DNA of 64,000 nucleotides from the IMG/VR virus record IMGVR_UViG_3300047392_000113, positions 55,152 to 119,151 of that record; one strand, written 5' to 3'. Of the stretch, positions 42,568 to 52,487 are shown one piece after another. Position numbers and translations under genes: made by a program. This DNA is from a virus (Duplodnaviria; Heunggongvirae; Uroviricota; Caudoviricetes). The notes beneath the pieces were generated by a model. The model was not told where the DNA came from. It saw only the letters and a list, made by a program, of their open reading frames with translations, and searched no databases. Within the stretch, counting starts at the first letter, position 1. Each line of letters opens with the position of its first letter.

Positions 42568-45057
42568 ATGGAATTTTATACAAGCGTTCACCCCATGGGA
42601 GACAAGATGTTGGTTCGTGGGTATGATAAGGGGCGAGCATATCAGCGTAAGGTGGATTTCTACCCTACGCTGTATGTCACTTCTAAGAAAGAATCTTCTA
42701 AGTGGCGCACACTTGAAGGCACTATTGTTGATGAAGTAAAACCTGGAACCATCAAAGAGACTCGTGACTTTGTTAAACGTTACGAAGGTGTGCAGGGTTT
42801 TGATGTTTATGGTAATACAAACTACTCATACCAATACATCAGTGATATGTATCCCGATGACATCAAATGGGATATGGAAATGTTCAAGGTATTCACCATT
42901 GACATTGAGACATCTACAGAAGGTGGCTTCCCAGATATTCGCTCAGCCAACGAAGAAATTCTTCTGATCACAGTTAAGGATCTACAATCAAAGCGTATCA
43001 TTACGTTTGGCTGCAAGACCTTTGTACACAATCGTGAAGATCTAATTTATGTCCATGCAAACGATGAACGTCATCTGTTGCAGGAGTTTTTGGCATTTTG
43101 GGAAAAGAGTTATCCCGATGCCGTGACTGGTTGGAACACAGACTTCTTCGATATGCCATATCTGATTCGGCGTATTTCTCGTGAACTTGGTGACAAAGAA
43201 GCCGAGCGTATTAGCCCATGGCGTTATATCAACGAACGTAAAACCTTTATCAAAGGTAACGAAGAGCTTCATTACGATATTCTTGGTATTAGTCAGCTGG
43301 ACTATTTGGAACTCTACAAGAAGTACACCTATCAAAAACAAGAGTCTTATCGTCTTGACTACATTGCCGAGCAAGAACTTGGCGACAAGAAGAAAGAAAA
43401 CCCTGGAGAGTCTTTCAAAGACTTTTATACTGACCACTGGCAACAATTCGTAGAGTATAACATCCACGACGTAGAGTTGGTTGACAAGCTAGAAGATAAG
43501 ATGCGTTTGATTGAACTGCATCTGACTATGGCTTACAATGCCAAGATCAATCCTGAAGATGTTTACTCACAGGTTCGTATGTGGGATACGATCATCTATA
43601 ACCACTTACGCAAAAAGGGTATTGTTATCCCACAGAAGACTCACAGTGGCAAAGATGCGCAGTTTGAAGGTGCTTATGTAAAAGATCCAATCATCGGTGG
43701 TCACAAATGGGTTGCCTCGTTTGACTTGAACAGTCTGTATCCTCACTTGATTATGCAGTATAACATCAGTCCAGAAACTCTAACATCTGATAAACTAAGT
43801 GTTACTGTTGACAAGTTGTTGAACAAAGAAGTGGATACCTCACATTGCCACAAACGTGACTTGGCTCTAACTGCAAATGGTTGGTGTTATCGAAAAGACA
43901 TCAAAGGGTTTATGCCTGAGTTGATGGAAGAGATGTATAAAAACCGTTCCAAGTTTAAAAAGCAGATGTTGAAGATCGAACAGGAATATCAAAACGACAA
44001 GAGCAAGAAGCACTTGCTGAAAGATATCTCTCGTCTCAATAACTTGCAGATGGCTATGAAAATTGCCCTAAACTCTGCTTATGGTGCGATGGGTAATCAA
44101 TACTTCCGTTACTTTGATATTCGTATGGCTGAAGGTATTACCACTTCTGGTCAGTTGTCAATCCGTTGGATGGCTAACAAGTTGAATGCGTTTATGAACA
44201 AAACGCTAAAGACCGAAGGTGATGATTTCGTTATTGCGATTGACACAGACTCAATCTATCTTTCTCTCGAGAAGTTAGTAGAGACTGTTGCTGGTGATAA
44301 AGATACAACTGGTAAGATCAAGTTTATGGACAAGATCTGTGATGATGTATTCCAACCTTTCATTGACTCTGGTTACACTGAACTGTCTCAATATATGAAT
44401 GCTTATAGCCAGAAGATGGTTATGAAACGTGAGGTTCTTGCTGACAAAGGTATCTGGACAGCCAAGAAGCGTTACATTCTTCGAGTGCATAACTCTGAGG
44501 GTGTTCAGTTTGCCAAACCTAAGATCAAGGTGATGGGATTGGAGATGGTTAAGTCTTCAACTCCAGCTGTCATTCGTGATAAGTTGCACCAGTCTATTGA
44601 TGTTATTCTGGAAGGCGACGAAAAAGTACTACATAAGTATGTGTCTGACTTCAGAGAAAAGTTTGTTGAGTTGCCAGTTCAAGATATAGCATTCCCTCGT
44701 AGTTGTAATGGTGTAAAGCAGTATGCTGGTTCACCTATTTACCAAAAGGGAACACCGATTCAAGTGCGTGGTGCTCTGCTCTACAATCACTATTGTAAAC
44801 GTCATGGGCTTGATAGAAAGTATCAGGCTATCCGTGATGGTGATAAGATCAAGTTTGTGTATCTGCGAACACCGAATCCAATTCACGAGAACGTGATTGC
44901 ATTCCCTCAAGAGATGCCAAAGGAACTTGGACTTCACGACTACATAGATTACGACTTACAATTCGAAAAGGTTTTTCTTGATGCGCTTCAGATTGTTATT
45001 CAGCCACTGGGCTGGAAGACGCAAGAAGAATCTTCGTTGGAGGATTTCTTTGGATAA
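42568..45057 (+). CDS. gp43: Family B DNA polymerase gp43.
   Basis: MEFYTS (T4 MKEFYIS). Exo motifs FDIETS and YNIHDVEL. Pol motifs FDLNSLYPHLIMQYNISPETL, NSAYGAMGNQYFRYFDIRMAEGITTSGQ, IAIDTDSIY, KKRYIL and KIKVMGLEMVKSSTP. C-terminus EESSLEDFFG. Confidence 0.95.
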   Translation: MEFYTSVHPMGDKMLVRGYDKGRAYQRKVDFYPTLYVTSKKESSKWRTLEGTIVDEVKPGTIKETRDFVKRYEGVQGFDVYGNTNYSYQYISDMYPDDIKWDMEMFKVFTIDIETSTEGGFPDIRSANEEILLITVKDLQSKRIITFGCKTFVHNREDLIYVHANDERHLLQEFLAFWEKSYPDAVTGWNTDFFDMPYLIRRISRELGDKEAERISPWRYINERKTFIKGNEELHYDILGISQLDYLELYKKYTYQKQESYRLDYIAEQELGDKKKENPGESFKDFYTDHWQQFVEYNIHDVELVDKLEDKMRLIELHLTMAYNAKINPEDVYSQVRMWDTIIYNHLRKKGIVIPQKTHSGKDAQFEGAYVKDPIIGGHKWVASFDLNSLYPHLIMQYNISPETLTSDKLSVTVDKLLNKEVDTSHCHKRDLALTANGWCYRKDIKGFMPELMEEMYKNRSKFKKQMLKIEQEYQNDKSKKHLLKDISRLNNLQMAMKIALNSAYGAMGNQYFRYFDIRMAEGITTSGQLSIRWMANKLNAFMNKTLKTEGDDFVIAIDTDSIYLSLEKLVETVAGDKDTTGKIKFMDKICDDVFQPFIDSGYTELSQYMNAYSQKMVMKREVLADKGIWTAKKRYILRVHNSEGVQFAKPKIKVMGLEMVKSSTPAVIRDKLHQSIDVILEGDEKVLHKYVSDFREKFVELPVQDIAFPRSCNGVKQYAGSPIYQKGTPIQVRGALLYNHYCKRHGLDRKYQAIRDGDKIKFVYLRTPNPIHENVIAFPQEMPKELGLHDYIDYDLQFEKVFLDALQIVIQPLGWKTQEESSLEDFFG

Positions 45058-45598
45058 TATCCGAATCATTAAAACTGGAATCAATGTGTCAAAGATTTTG
45101 GCACAATTGAATGCACACCCAGAAGACTGGGGAAGTCAACTCAACGTGGCTGGAGTTAAGTCACTGCTTGATCGTGGATTTCCTCAGGTAGAAGCTGGTG
45201 TGCTTCAACTTGTTATGGGTGGTATAGAATCTATAGATCAGTACGTTGGAGATACAGAGATTTGTATTCCAACTCCTGCGATTGAAAGACATACTGAAGT
45301 TGTTCGATTCCTCAAACGCAACTTTAAGAAGTTCAGTCGTTGTGGTTTCCTTTCACTGCCAGTTGGTGGAGAAGTTGGAAAGCATATCGACATTGGCAGT
45401 TACTACCAAACTCGAGATCGTTATCATCTGTCCATCCAAGGCAGATACATATACACTGTAGGAGATGAATCTGTTACAGTGGAACCTGGAACCCTGTTGT
45501 GGTTCAATAATAAATTACCCCATGGGACTAAAAATGTTGGTGATTGCGTTCGTGTTACATTCGTTTTCGATGTACCACATTCCAAGAACAATCCATAA
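44981..45598 (+). CDS. 2OG-Fe(II) oxygenase / cupin-like protein. Start uncertain: an ATG at 44981 overlaps the polymerase 3' end by 77 nt, and alternatives are GTG ~45094 or ATG ~45216.
   Basis: HxD...H facial triad candidates (VGKHIDIG ... LPHGTKNV) and a C-terminal RVTFVFD strand. Confidence 0.45.
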   Translation: MRFRLLFSHWAGRRKKNLRWRISLDNIRIIKTGINVSKILAQLNAHPEDWGSQLNVAGVKSLLDRGFPQVEAGVLQLVMGGIESIDQYVGDTEICIPTPAIERHTEVVRFLKRNFKKFSRCGFLSLPVGGEVGKHIDIGSYYQTRDRYHLSIQGRYIYTVGDESVTVEPGTLLWFNNKLPHGTKNVGDCVRVTFVFDVPHSKNNP

Positions 45599-45626
45599 TT
45601 GTCCTGTAATACTTTTTAGGAGATAA
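45598..45626 (+). promoter_or_regulatory. Early promoter TTGTCC-17-GATAAT with embedded GTAATACT motif upstream of the thioredoxin gene.
   Basis: -35/-10 spacing of 17 nt. Same GTAATACT element as the PeSL cassettes. Confidence 0.4.
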
Positions 45627-45628
45627 TA

Positions 45629-45880
45629 ATGAAACTATACAAATTTTACGCTGAGTGGTGCGCACCTTGCAAGATGTTGAGTAAGGTTATTGATGATGCT
45701 AAGGACAAGATTAATGTTGACATTGTCGAGTTCGATATTGATGCAGAAATGATGACTGCTATTAACTATGGAGTTCGCAGCGTACCTACGATGGTTCTTG
45801 TTGACGAGAACGATAAAGAAATCAAGCGTTTAAATGGATATGCCAACGAAGAAAAACTTCTAGACTTTTTGAAAGTTTAA
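45629..45880 (+). CDS. Thioredoxin.
   Basis: WCAPC active site (thioredoxin WCGPC variant). 83 aa. SVPTMVL cis-Pro loop. Confidence 0.8.
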   Translation: MKLYKFYAEWCAPCKMLSKVIDDAKDKINVDIVEFDIDAEMMTAINYGVRSVPTMVLVDENDKEIKRLNGYANEEKLLDFLKV

Positions 45881-45881
45881 A

Positions 45882-46262
45882 ATGAGAGACCCACTAAGGA
45901 ATGTTATGAATAGTGTAAAAATGAACCGCAAAGAACTTCTTAAAATTGTTAAAGACAATGCCAAGAAGCATGTTACAGAATATGTCGAGTCTGTTGAAGA
46001 CTATAAGGTAGCTGTGTTGAAAGTCGCACAAGAGAATCTTAAGAAAGCTAAGACTGCAGATACAAAACAATTTAAGTTTCGTGCAATGCCAACAGCACCG
46101 CAAAGCTATGAAGACAACTACAATCGTGCGATCCGTATGCTAGAGTTGTCTGTTGAAGATATCATCGAAGTTGAAGAGCATGTCTTCAATCAGTTGGTAT
46201 TGGACGAGTGGGGTTGGAAGCAAAACTTTGTTGCACAATCAGCATTGTATAAATCTATCTAA
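45882..46262 (+). CDS. Hypothetical protein (126 aa).
   Basis: ORF between trx and uvsX. No motif. Confidence 0.35.
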   Translation: MRDPLRNVMNSVKMNRKELLKIVKDNAKKHVTEYVESVEDYKVAVLKVAQENLKKAKTADTKQFKFRAMPTAPQSYEDNYNRAIRMLELSVEDIIEVEEHVFNQLVLDEWGWKQNFVAQSALYKSI

Positions 46263-46270
46263 GGAACATT

Positions 46271-47341
46271 ATGAGTATTCTTGATAAAATTAAAAAGAAT
46301 AGCACGATCAAAGACTCTGCTATTCTTGCGAACTCAAAATTCTTCACTAAGAAGGATATGATTCCTACTAGCATTCCAGTCATTAACGTGGCTCTTTCTG
46401 GTCGTCTTGATGGTGGTCTAACTCCAGGTCTTACTATGTGGGCTGGTCCATCTAAACACTTTAAGACAGCGTTCAGCTTGCTGATGGCAAAGTCTTATCT
46501 GGACAAATATCCAGATGCTGCTTTGTTGTTTTATGACTCTGAGTTTGGTACACCTCAGTCATACTTCGATAGCTTTGGTATCGATACAGATCGTGTGCTT
46601 CATACTCCTGTGACAGATGTTGAACAACTCAAGTTTGATATTATGCAACAACTGCAAAACATCGAACGTGGCGAGCGAGTGATGATTGTTATTGACTCCA
46701 TCGGTAACTTGGCTTCTAAGAAAGAAGTTGAAGATGCTTTGGATGGTAAGTCTGTAGCAGATATGTCTCGTGCCAAACAAATGAAGTCATTGTTCCGTAT
46801 GGTAACACCTCACTTGACTCTCAAGGATATTCCTTGCGTAGTTGTTAACCACACTTACAAAGAAATTGGTTTGTATCCTAAAGACATCGTTGGTGGTGGC
46901 ACTGGTTCTTACTACTCTGCCGATAACATCTTTATCTTAGGTCGTCAACAAGAAAAAGACGGAACTGAAGTTGTTGGTTATAACTTTATTATCAACGTAG
47001 AAAAATCACGATATGTTAAAGAAAAATCTAAAATCCCTGTTGCCGTATCTTTTGATGGCGGTATTAGCAAGTGGAGCGGTCTATTGGATCTTGCACTCGA
47101 GTCAGGGCATGTTGTCAAGCCTAGCAATGGTTGGTATTCAAAAGTAGACGCTGATGGTGTTGTAGAAGATAAGAAGTATCGTATCAAAGATACAGACACT
47201 AAAGAGTTCTGGATGCCTATTCTAACCAACAAGTCATTCTATGATTTTGTTAAGAGCAAGTATTCAGTTGGTAATGTTTCAATGGTTCAGTCTGATGAGT
47301 TGGACAAAGCCTTAGAAGAATTGGAGTTTGAAGATGAGTGA
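46271..47341 (+). CDS. uvsX: RecA-like recombinase UvsX.
   Basis: Near-colinear identity with T4 UvsX (FFTKKDMIPTSIPVINVALSGRLDGGLTPGLTMWAGPSKHFKT...IDSIGNLASKKEVEDAL...MSRAKQMKSLFRMVTPH...IPCVVVNHTYKEIG). Confidence 0.95.
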   Translation: MSILDKIKKNSTIKDSAILANSKFFTKKDMIPTSIPVINVALSGRLDGGLTPGLTMWAGPSKHFKTAFSLLMAKSYLDKYPDAALLFYDSEFGTPQSYFDSFGIDTDRVLHTPVTDVEQLKFDIMQQLQNIERGERVMIVIDSIGNLASKKEVEDALDGKSVADMSRAKQMKSLFRMVTPHLTLKDIPCVVVNHTYKEIGLYPKDIVGGGTGSYYSADNIFILGRQQEKDGTEVVGYNFIINVEKSRYVKEKSKIPVAVSFDGGISKWSGLLDLALESGHVVKPSNGWYSKVDADGVVEDKKYRIKDTDTKEFWMPILTNKSFYDFVKSKYSVGNVSMVQSDELDKALEELEFEDE

Positions 47342-47522
47342 TCCATCTAAATTTAAACAAGAGTGGGAAGCTAAGAAACTTCTCAATCGTGCCAAGAAGA
47401 AAGCTAAAAAGACTCTACAGAAACAGGGTTGGGGTCGTAAAGAAGCCACGAAGCAGGTTAAAGATGCTGTGAAACGAATCACAACACAACCAGTTACCCG
47501 TAGCACTGGTCGAGGCGAATAA
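47328..47522 (+). CDS. Small basic protein (64 aa).
   Basis: Lys/Arg-rich ORF coupled between uvsX and the next gene. Confidence 0.3.
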   Translation: MKMSDPSKFKQEWEAKKLLNRAKKKAKKTLQKQGWGRKEATKQVKDAVKRITTQPVTRSTGRGE

Positions 47523-47842
47523 TGGGAGAACACCTCGCTAAACCTCCGTACACAGTTCTTCAAAGTGCATCAACTGGAGCTTACAGGCTAAAGTTGACAA
47601 GTGGTCCATACTCAGGTATAATCTTCTCTTACGGTGAGGTTAAGTTTGAAGAAATGGGTGATACTTGTAAGATGCATTTTGAATATGAAGTGCATGAAGA
47701 CGCAGGTGTTACCTATACTGCCACTGATCTTGAGCATTATCTTGGTGACTTGTTGCAGTTTATCATTGTTGACCAACTGCAACAAAATGAAATAACATAT
47801 ACTGGTGGAGTTGATGAGAATAGAACAACAGATTCTGAGTAG
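47522..47842 (+). CDS. Hypothetical protein (106 aa). gp40-like by position between uvsX and gp41.
   Basis: Position only. Confidence 0.3.
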   Translation: MGEHLAKPPYTVLQSASTGAYRLKLTSGPYSGIIFSYGEVKFEEMGDTCKMHFEYEVHEDAGVTYTATDLEHYLGDLLQFIIVDQLQQNEITYTGGVDENRTTDSE

Positions 47843-49205
47843 ACTAATTTATGATGAACACTATTGCCGAAAAGTAATTCCCTTTATTAAAAAAGAATAT
47901 TTTGGCGATAAGAAAGAATCCATCGTAGCTACGATTGTATCAGAATTTTTCAGTAAGTATAACAAACCTCTAACGAAAGAAATCCTTTCGATTGAAATTG
48001 GTAATAGAAAAGACCTCAATGACAAAGAGTTAGCTGATGTTAACTCTTATGTTAATGAGTTAACTGACGCTCCAGTCAATGAAGACTGGATGATGGAAAA
48101 CACTGAAAAGTTTTGTAAGGATCGTGCAGTTTACAATTCAATCCTAAAGTCTATTCAGATTATTGATGGGCGTGAGAAGACTTTAACCCAAGATGCTATT
48201 CCTTCTATTCTTTCTGAAGCACTAGCAGTTTCTTTCGACAGTCATATTGGTCACGATTATTTGGGTGACCACGAATCTCGTTATGAATTTTATCACCGAG
48301 TTGAAGAGAAGATTGCCTTTGACTTGGAGATGTTTAACAAGATTACAAAGGGTGGTCTTTCTAAGAAAACTTTGAACATCGCACTGGCTGGTACTGGTGT
48401 TGGTAAGTCTTTGTTTATGTGTCACGTTGCCTCTGGTTGTTTAACACAGGGTAAAAACGTATTATACATAACAATGGAAATGGCAGAAGAGCGTATCGCT
48501 GAACGTATTGACGCCAATCTTTTGAATCTGACGATGGACGAACTAAAGGTTATCGATAAAGATATCTACGAAAGTCGTATCAATAAGATTACAAAGAAGA
48601 CTAAAGGCAGATTGATCATTAAAGAATACCCAACTGCTGGTGCGCACTCAGGTCATTTCCGTGCATTGTTAGAAGAATTAAAACTCAAACTAGAGTTTAT
48701 GCCAGACATTATCTTCATCGACTACTTGAACATCTGTGCAAGTCAGCGTATGAAGCAAGGGGCAAATGTTAATTCTTATACATATGTTAAGGCAATTGCA
48801 GAAGAGTTGCGTGGTTTGGCAGTCGAGTTTAATGTTCCAATCGTCTCAGCTACCCAAACCACCCGATCTGGATTTAGCAGTTCAGATCCAGGACTCGAGG
48901 ATACCTCAGAATCTTTCGGTTTACCTGCGACAGCCGACTTTATGTTTGCGTTGGTTAGTAATGAAGAACTAGAAGCACTGAATCAAATTATTGTTAAGCA
49001 GTTGAAAAACCGATACAATGATCCTAGTTATTTTAAAAGATTTGTTATTGGCATTGATAGGTCAAAGATGAAGTTATATGATGTAGAGGCTTCTGCTCAA
49101 GTAGGCTTAGCAGATTCTGGTCAAGATACTGGTCCAGTTTTTGACAAGGGAGACTTTGGTAAGAGAATGAAGTCTGAGGGTAGTTTTGACGGTTGGAAGT
49201 TTTAA
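47814..49205 (+). CDS. gp41: Replicative DNA helicase gp41 (DnaB family).
   Basis: IEQQILSRLIYDEHY (T4 VEIILSHLIFDQAY), Walker A LAGTGVGKS, ITMEMAEE, RIDAN, GLPATADFMFALV. All colinear with T4 gp41. Confidence 0.9.
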   Translation: MRIEQQILSRLIYDEHYCRKVIPFIKKEYFGDKKESIVATIVSEFFSKYNKPLTKEILSIEIGNRKDLNDKELADVNSYVNELTDAPVNEDWMMENTEKFCKDRAVYNSILKSIQIIDGREKTLTQDAIPSILSEALAVSFDSHIGHDYLGDHESRYEFYHRVEEKIAFDLEMFNKITKGGLSKKTLNIALAGTGVGKSLFMCHVASGCLTQGKNVLYITMEMAEERIAERIDANLLNLTMDELKVIDKDIYESRINKITKKTKGRLIIKEYPTAGAHSGHFRALLEELKLKLEFMPDIIFIDYLNICASQRMKQGANVNSYTYVKAIAEELRGLAVEFNVPIVSATQTTRSGFSSSDPGLEDTSESFGLPATADFMFALVSNEELEALNQIIVKQLKNRYNDPSYFKRFVIGIDRSKMKLYDVEASAQVGLADSGQDTGPVFDKGDFGKRMKSEGSFDGWKF

Positions 49206-49215
49206 GGAGAAAGAA

Positions 49216-50550
49216 ATGGTTAAAGTATTAGTTGCACCAATCAAGCACGATTGTTCTCATATGCAAGGACAATTTCCAACAGAGAAAGATTACGATCTTC
49301 TAATTGAAGAAGATATGGATGTTTATATGCCTGAGATTCCAGGACATCCTGAGTTAACTGGTACTGAAGAACGTATCATTCTAAAGTTTCGTAAGAACTA
49401 CTTCACCAAAGAACAACAAGACCAAGCATATGCTGGTTTGCGTGAAGCTGCTGTTGAAACTCAGAACCGTGGTATGGCAGCTGGACCACGTGGTGAGAAA
49501 TTAGGTAATCGTGAGTGGGTTACTGAATACGAATCTGACATCATTGATTACTTCTCAAATCCAGGTGCTAATTTGTACGGAGATGATCCAGTAGAAGACA
49601 TTCGTGCAAACCATAAAGGCAAGAAGGAACAACCTTCTACACGAAATAATGTTTGGGGTATTCAGGCAGTAAAACGTGATAACTTTGATTTTGAAACTTG
49701 GGTAGATACTTGTAAGCAATTACCTGATAACGAAAAGAAGAAAGAAGTAGACCGTATCGTTAAGAAGTACGTTTGTTCTACTACTTACGCTAATGGAGTA
49801 TTCTCTGGAATCGCTGGTTGGTTTGATCGTTACCCACGTATCCCTTATGGTCGTGCAACTTCTTATACACAGCGTGAACCTGAGAAGTTTGCTATGTCAT
49901 TCCCATTCCTGCAGACTCTGTCTAAAGGTTTCATGGATTTATTACCACAACGTTTTGCTGCCCAGATGAATGCTGCAAGTAAGGTTGACAGTGGTTTCTT
50001 AGTTCCAGGAACTCCATTCACTACTATCACGGTGAACAAAACATTCCGTACTGCTTGCCACTTTGACGCTGGTGATTTGACATCTGGTTTGAGTAACCTG
50101 TTGGTTCTGTCTAACAATGGTAACTACTCTGGTTGCTATCTTGTTGCTCCAGAATATCGTGTTGCAGTTAACGTTCGTCCAGGTGACTTGTTGTTGATTA
50201 ACAACCACGAAGTTATGCACGGTAATACTGAAATCAAATTGCTTGACGAAGAAGCAGAACGTGTTTCACTGGTTTGTTATTTCCGTGAGAAGATGCTTGA
50301 ACTTGGTACAAAAGATTACGAAGATTTGCGTTATGAGTATGTTGAATCTCGTCGTCTTAACAAGGAACATCCAGGACATCTGAATGAAGATGGTTCTCAA
50401 CGTCACCTCTGGAATGGTGTTAGCCAAGCTATGTGGGAGAACGAAGAATGGTATGACTTCTTGCGTAACAAAGGTCGCCAAGATTTGGTCGATAAGTATC
50501 ACCCACCAAAGACAACTACTGTTGGTGCTCTCGAGAATTTCTTCGGATGA
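49216..50550 (+). CDS. Large 2OG-Fe(II)-dependent dioxygenase (candidate nucleic-acid base hydroxylase or other hydroxylase).
   Basis: HxD CHFDAGD, distal His VMHGNTE, and Arg ~14 residues later (RVSLVCYFR). AGGAG RBS. 444 aa with a long N-terminal extension. Confidence 0.5.
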   Translation: MVKVLVAPIKHDCSHMQGQFPTEKDYDLLIEEDMDVYMPEIPGHPELTGTEERIILKFRKNYFTKEQQDQAYAGLREAAVETQNRGMAAGPRGEKLGNREWVTEYESDIIDYFSNPGANLYGDDPVEDIRANHKGKKEQPSTRNNVWGIQAVKRDNFDFETWVDTCKQLPDNEKKKEVDRIVKKYVCSTTYANGVFSGIAGWFDRYPRIPYGRATSYTQREPEKFAMSFPFLQTLSKGFMDLLPQRFAAQMNAASKVDSGFLVPGTPFTTITVNKTFRTACHFDAGDLTSGLSNLLVLSNNGNYSGCYLVAPEYRVAVNVRPGDLLLINNHEVMHGNTEIKLLDEEAERVSLVCYFREKMLELGTKDYEDLRYEYVESRRLNKEHPGHLNEDGSQRHLWNGVSQAMWENEEWYDFLRNKGRQDLVDKYHPPKTTTVGALENFFG

Positions 50551-51146
50551 TCTTAGAAGCATTTCCAGAGCCGATCTATAAAGGTGAGATGGTTTTCTCT
50601 AACGAGGTACTGTCTTACTTTAATTCGGCTAGAGAAAAAGGTGGTTACAAAAACATCTCTGGTAACTATACATCCAATGATAGTTTTGTTTTAGAAAATG
50701 AAGAAATGTCTGGTGTAAAGATCCAAGCCCAACACCATCTAGATTACTATCTCAAAAATATCATAGGTGCTGGTAATGTTAGTTTGGAAATTACACAGTC
50801 TTGGTTAAACTTTAATGACTATGCTTCTTCACATCATACACACATTCACGTGAACAGTATTGTCAGCGGAGTAATCTATACATCACCAAATCCAGCACCA
50901 CTTGTTGTGTTCAGGAAGCAGGATTATTTCCCACTTAGACCGATGATAACTAATATGACAGAGTACAATAATCCTATGAGAGTTATTGATGTCAAGCAGG
51001 GTGATATTGTTTTGTTCTCTTCACAACTACCTCATGGTGTTCAAGCAAACAAAACGAATAAAACTAGAACATCTCTGGCATTTAATACTTTCTACAAAGG
51101 TGTTCTTGGAAGCGCACCAAACTTAACTCACTTGGAGATCTCTTAA
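50547..51146 (+). CDS. Second 2OG-Fe(II) oxygenase-like protein (PhyH-like).
   Basis: His-rich metal site candidates SHHTHIHVNS and a C-terminal GDIVLFSSQLPHGVQANKTNKTRTSLAFN signature typical of the oxygenase C-termini. Confidence 0.4.
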   Translation: MILEAFPEPIYKGEMVFSNEVLSYFNSAREKGGYKNISGNYTSNDSFVLENEEMSGVKIQAQHHLDYYLKNIIGAGNVSLEITQSWLNFNDYASSHHTHIHVNSIVSGVIYTSPNPAPLVVFRKQDYFPLRPMITNMTEYNNPMRVIDVKQGDIVLFSSQLPHGVQANKTNKTRTSLAFNTFYKGVLGSAPNLTHLEIS

Positions 51147-51862
51147 TGTGTGCCGTTATTGGGGCTGTTATTCAAAAGCCCACTACTAAAGATTTTGATA
51201 TGTTGAAGCGTGTCTTCCACGAATCTCGTATTCGTGGATTGCATGCCACTGGTATCTCGTTTCTACCGAAGTGGTCTACTGGTATCGAAACTATCAAAGA
51301 ACCTATCCCTGCAGATAAGTTCATTGAAAAGTTTATGCACAATGACAACTTAGCAGATATGGTTGCTGATGATGGAAACCTTTATCTAATCGGACATTGT
51401 CGTTACAGTACTTCTGATCTTGAGTACAACCAACCAATCGGTAATAGCTATATGAGCGTTGCACATAATGGTGTTATCACGCAAGAACTTCCAGAGAACT
51501 GGGAGAAGTTGTATGGTTACAAATGCGATGGTAAGAATGATACTGAATTGTTGGTGCACACATTTGCTTCTGGAAAGTCTCCGTTAGTAGAGTGGCAAGA
51601 TTCTTCTCTTGCAGTATGTGTTCTTAATAAAGGTAGAACACTTACAGCATTCCGTAATGGAAAGCGACCATTATATTTGACAAGTTTAGATAATGGTTGT
51701 ATAATTACTTCTACTGCCGATGTTATAAAACGTGCGGGTATCGAAGAAGAACCATTCTTACTCAATATGAATATGTATTGCGTCTTTGATGGTGATTTAA
51801 CTATGTCTATTGAAGCTGTGCCAATTGAAGGAGCAGTTGATCTACAAAATGCTATTTGTTAA
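51146..51862 (+). CDS. Class II (Ntn) glutamine amidotransferase domain protein.
   Basis: N-terminal nucleophile MCAVIG (Cys2 after Met removal), as in GATase type 2 / asparagine synthetase N-domains. 238 aa stand-alone. Confidence 0.6.
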   Translation: MCAVIGAVIQKPTTKDFDMLKRVFHESRIRGLHATGISFLPKWSTGIETIKEPIPADKFIEKFMHNDNLADMVADDGNLYLIGHCRYSTSDLEYNQPIGNSYMSVAHNGVITQELPENWEKLYGYKCDGKNDTELLVHTFASGKSPLVEWQDSSLAVCVLNKGRTLTAFRNGKRPLYLTSLDNGCIITSTADVIKRAGIEEEPFLLNMNMYCVFDGDLTMSIEAVPIEGAVDLQNAIC

Positions 51863-52487
51863 CTCTACAAAAGTCGAACAACTTATTGCCACTAGTCCAG
51901 CTGGTAAGAACACAAAGTTCTTATCGACTGCACATTCATTATGGTATCGGTTTAAGAATTATGAAAAGTGCCCACCGATGGCTTACGAAGACAACGGTGA
52001 TGTTGTATGCTTAATCTTTGCTACATTTAATCGAGATGGTTATGCCAATCTGTATGAGATTGTTACACTCGAAGGAAAAGAAGGAAAAGGATATGCGTCA
52101 AAGTGTTGGGATTCGTGGATCAAATATGCAGTCGAAGAACGAAAAACTCAACGTCTCAAAATCTCCTGCACTCCCTCATCTGTCAGCTGGCACTTACGGA
52201 ATGGCTTGGTCTTCTGGGCAGTTGATCCAACAGGTTCACTCCGTAGCGACCAGCCACTATTCCCTACACGTACAGAACAAATTGCCTACAGAGACAAAGC
52301 AATCGTAAATCCACTTCAAGCACTTCCACCTTACAAAGCTCGTGAACAATTCCGAGCAGAAGGATTAGAATCTTATTCATGGGGTGAGAAAAAGAAAGCT
52401 AAAACTCAAACTGCTATCGATGCAGTTGGTAAGGCATGGTTACGAGAAGCATTGATGGATCAACCATCACTAGAAGAATTTTTATAA
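51849..52487 (+). CDS. GNAT-like acyltransferase domain protein with C-terminal extension.
   Basis: Putative acetyl-CoA binding motif EGKEGKGYASKCWDSWIKYAVEE resembling GNAT motif A (Q/RxxGxG/A). Confidence 0.35.
   Translation: MLFVNSTKVEQLIATSPAGKNTKFLSTAHSLWYRFKNYEKCPPMAYEDNGDVVCLIFATFNRDGYANLYEIVTLEGKEGKGYASKCWDSWIKYAVEERKTQRLKISCTPSSVSWHLRNGLVFWAVDPTGSLRSDQPLFPTRTEQIAYRDKAIVNPLQALPPYKAREQFRAEGLESYSWGEKKKAKTQTAIDAVGKAWLREALMDQPSLEEFL

Noticed and set aside
42435-42626. 63-aa ORF in the leader of the DNA polymerase gene.
   Set aside because: It overlaps the gp43 start by 59 nt and has no RBS. The region more plausibly forms the polymerase translational operator.
44978-45057. Possibility that the 2OG-oxygenase-like ORF is fused to or frameshifted from the polymerase.
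   Set aside because: The polymerase ends with the conserved ...SLEDFFG C-terminus exactly at its stop. The overlap is in a different frame and is more likely a start-site ambiguity than a programmed frameshift.
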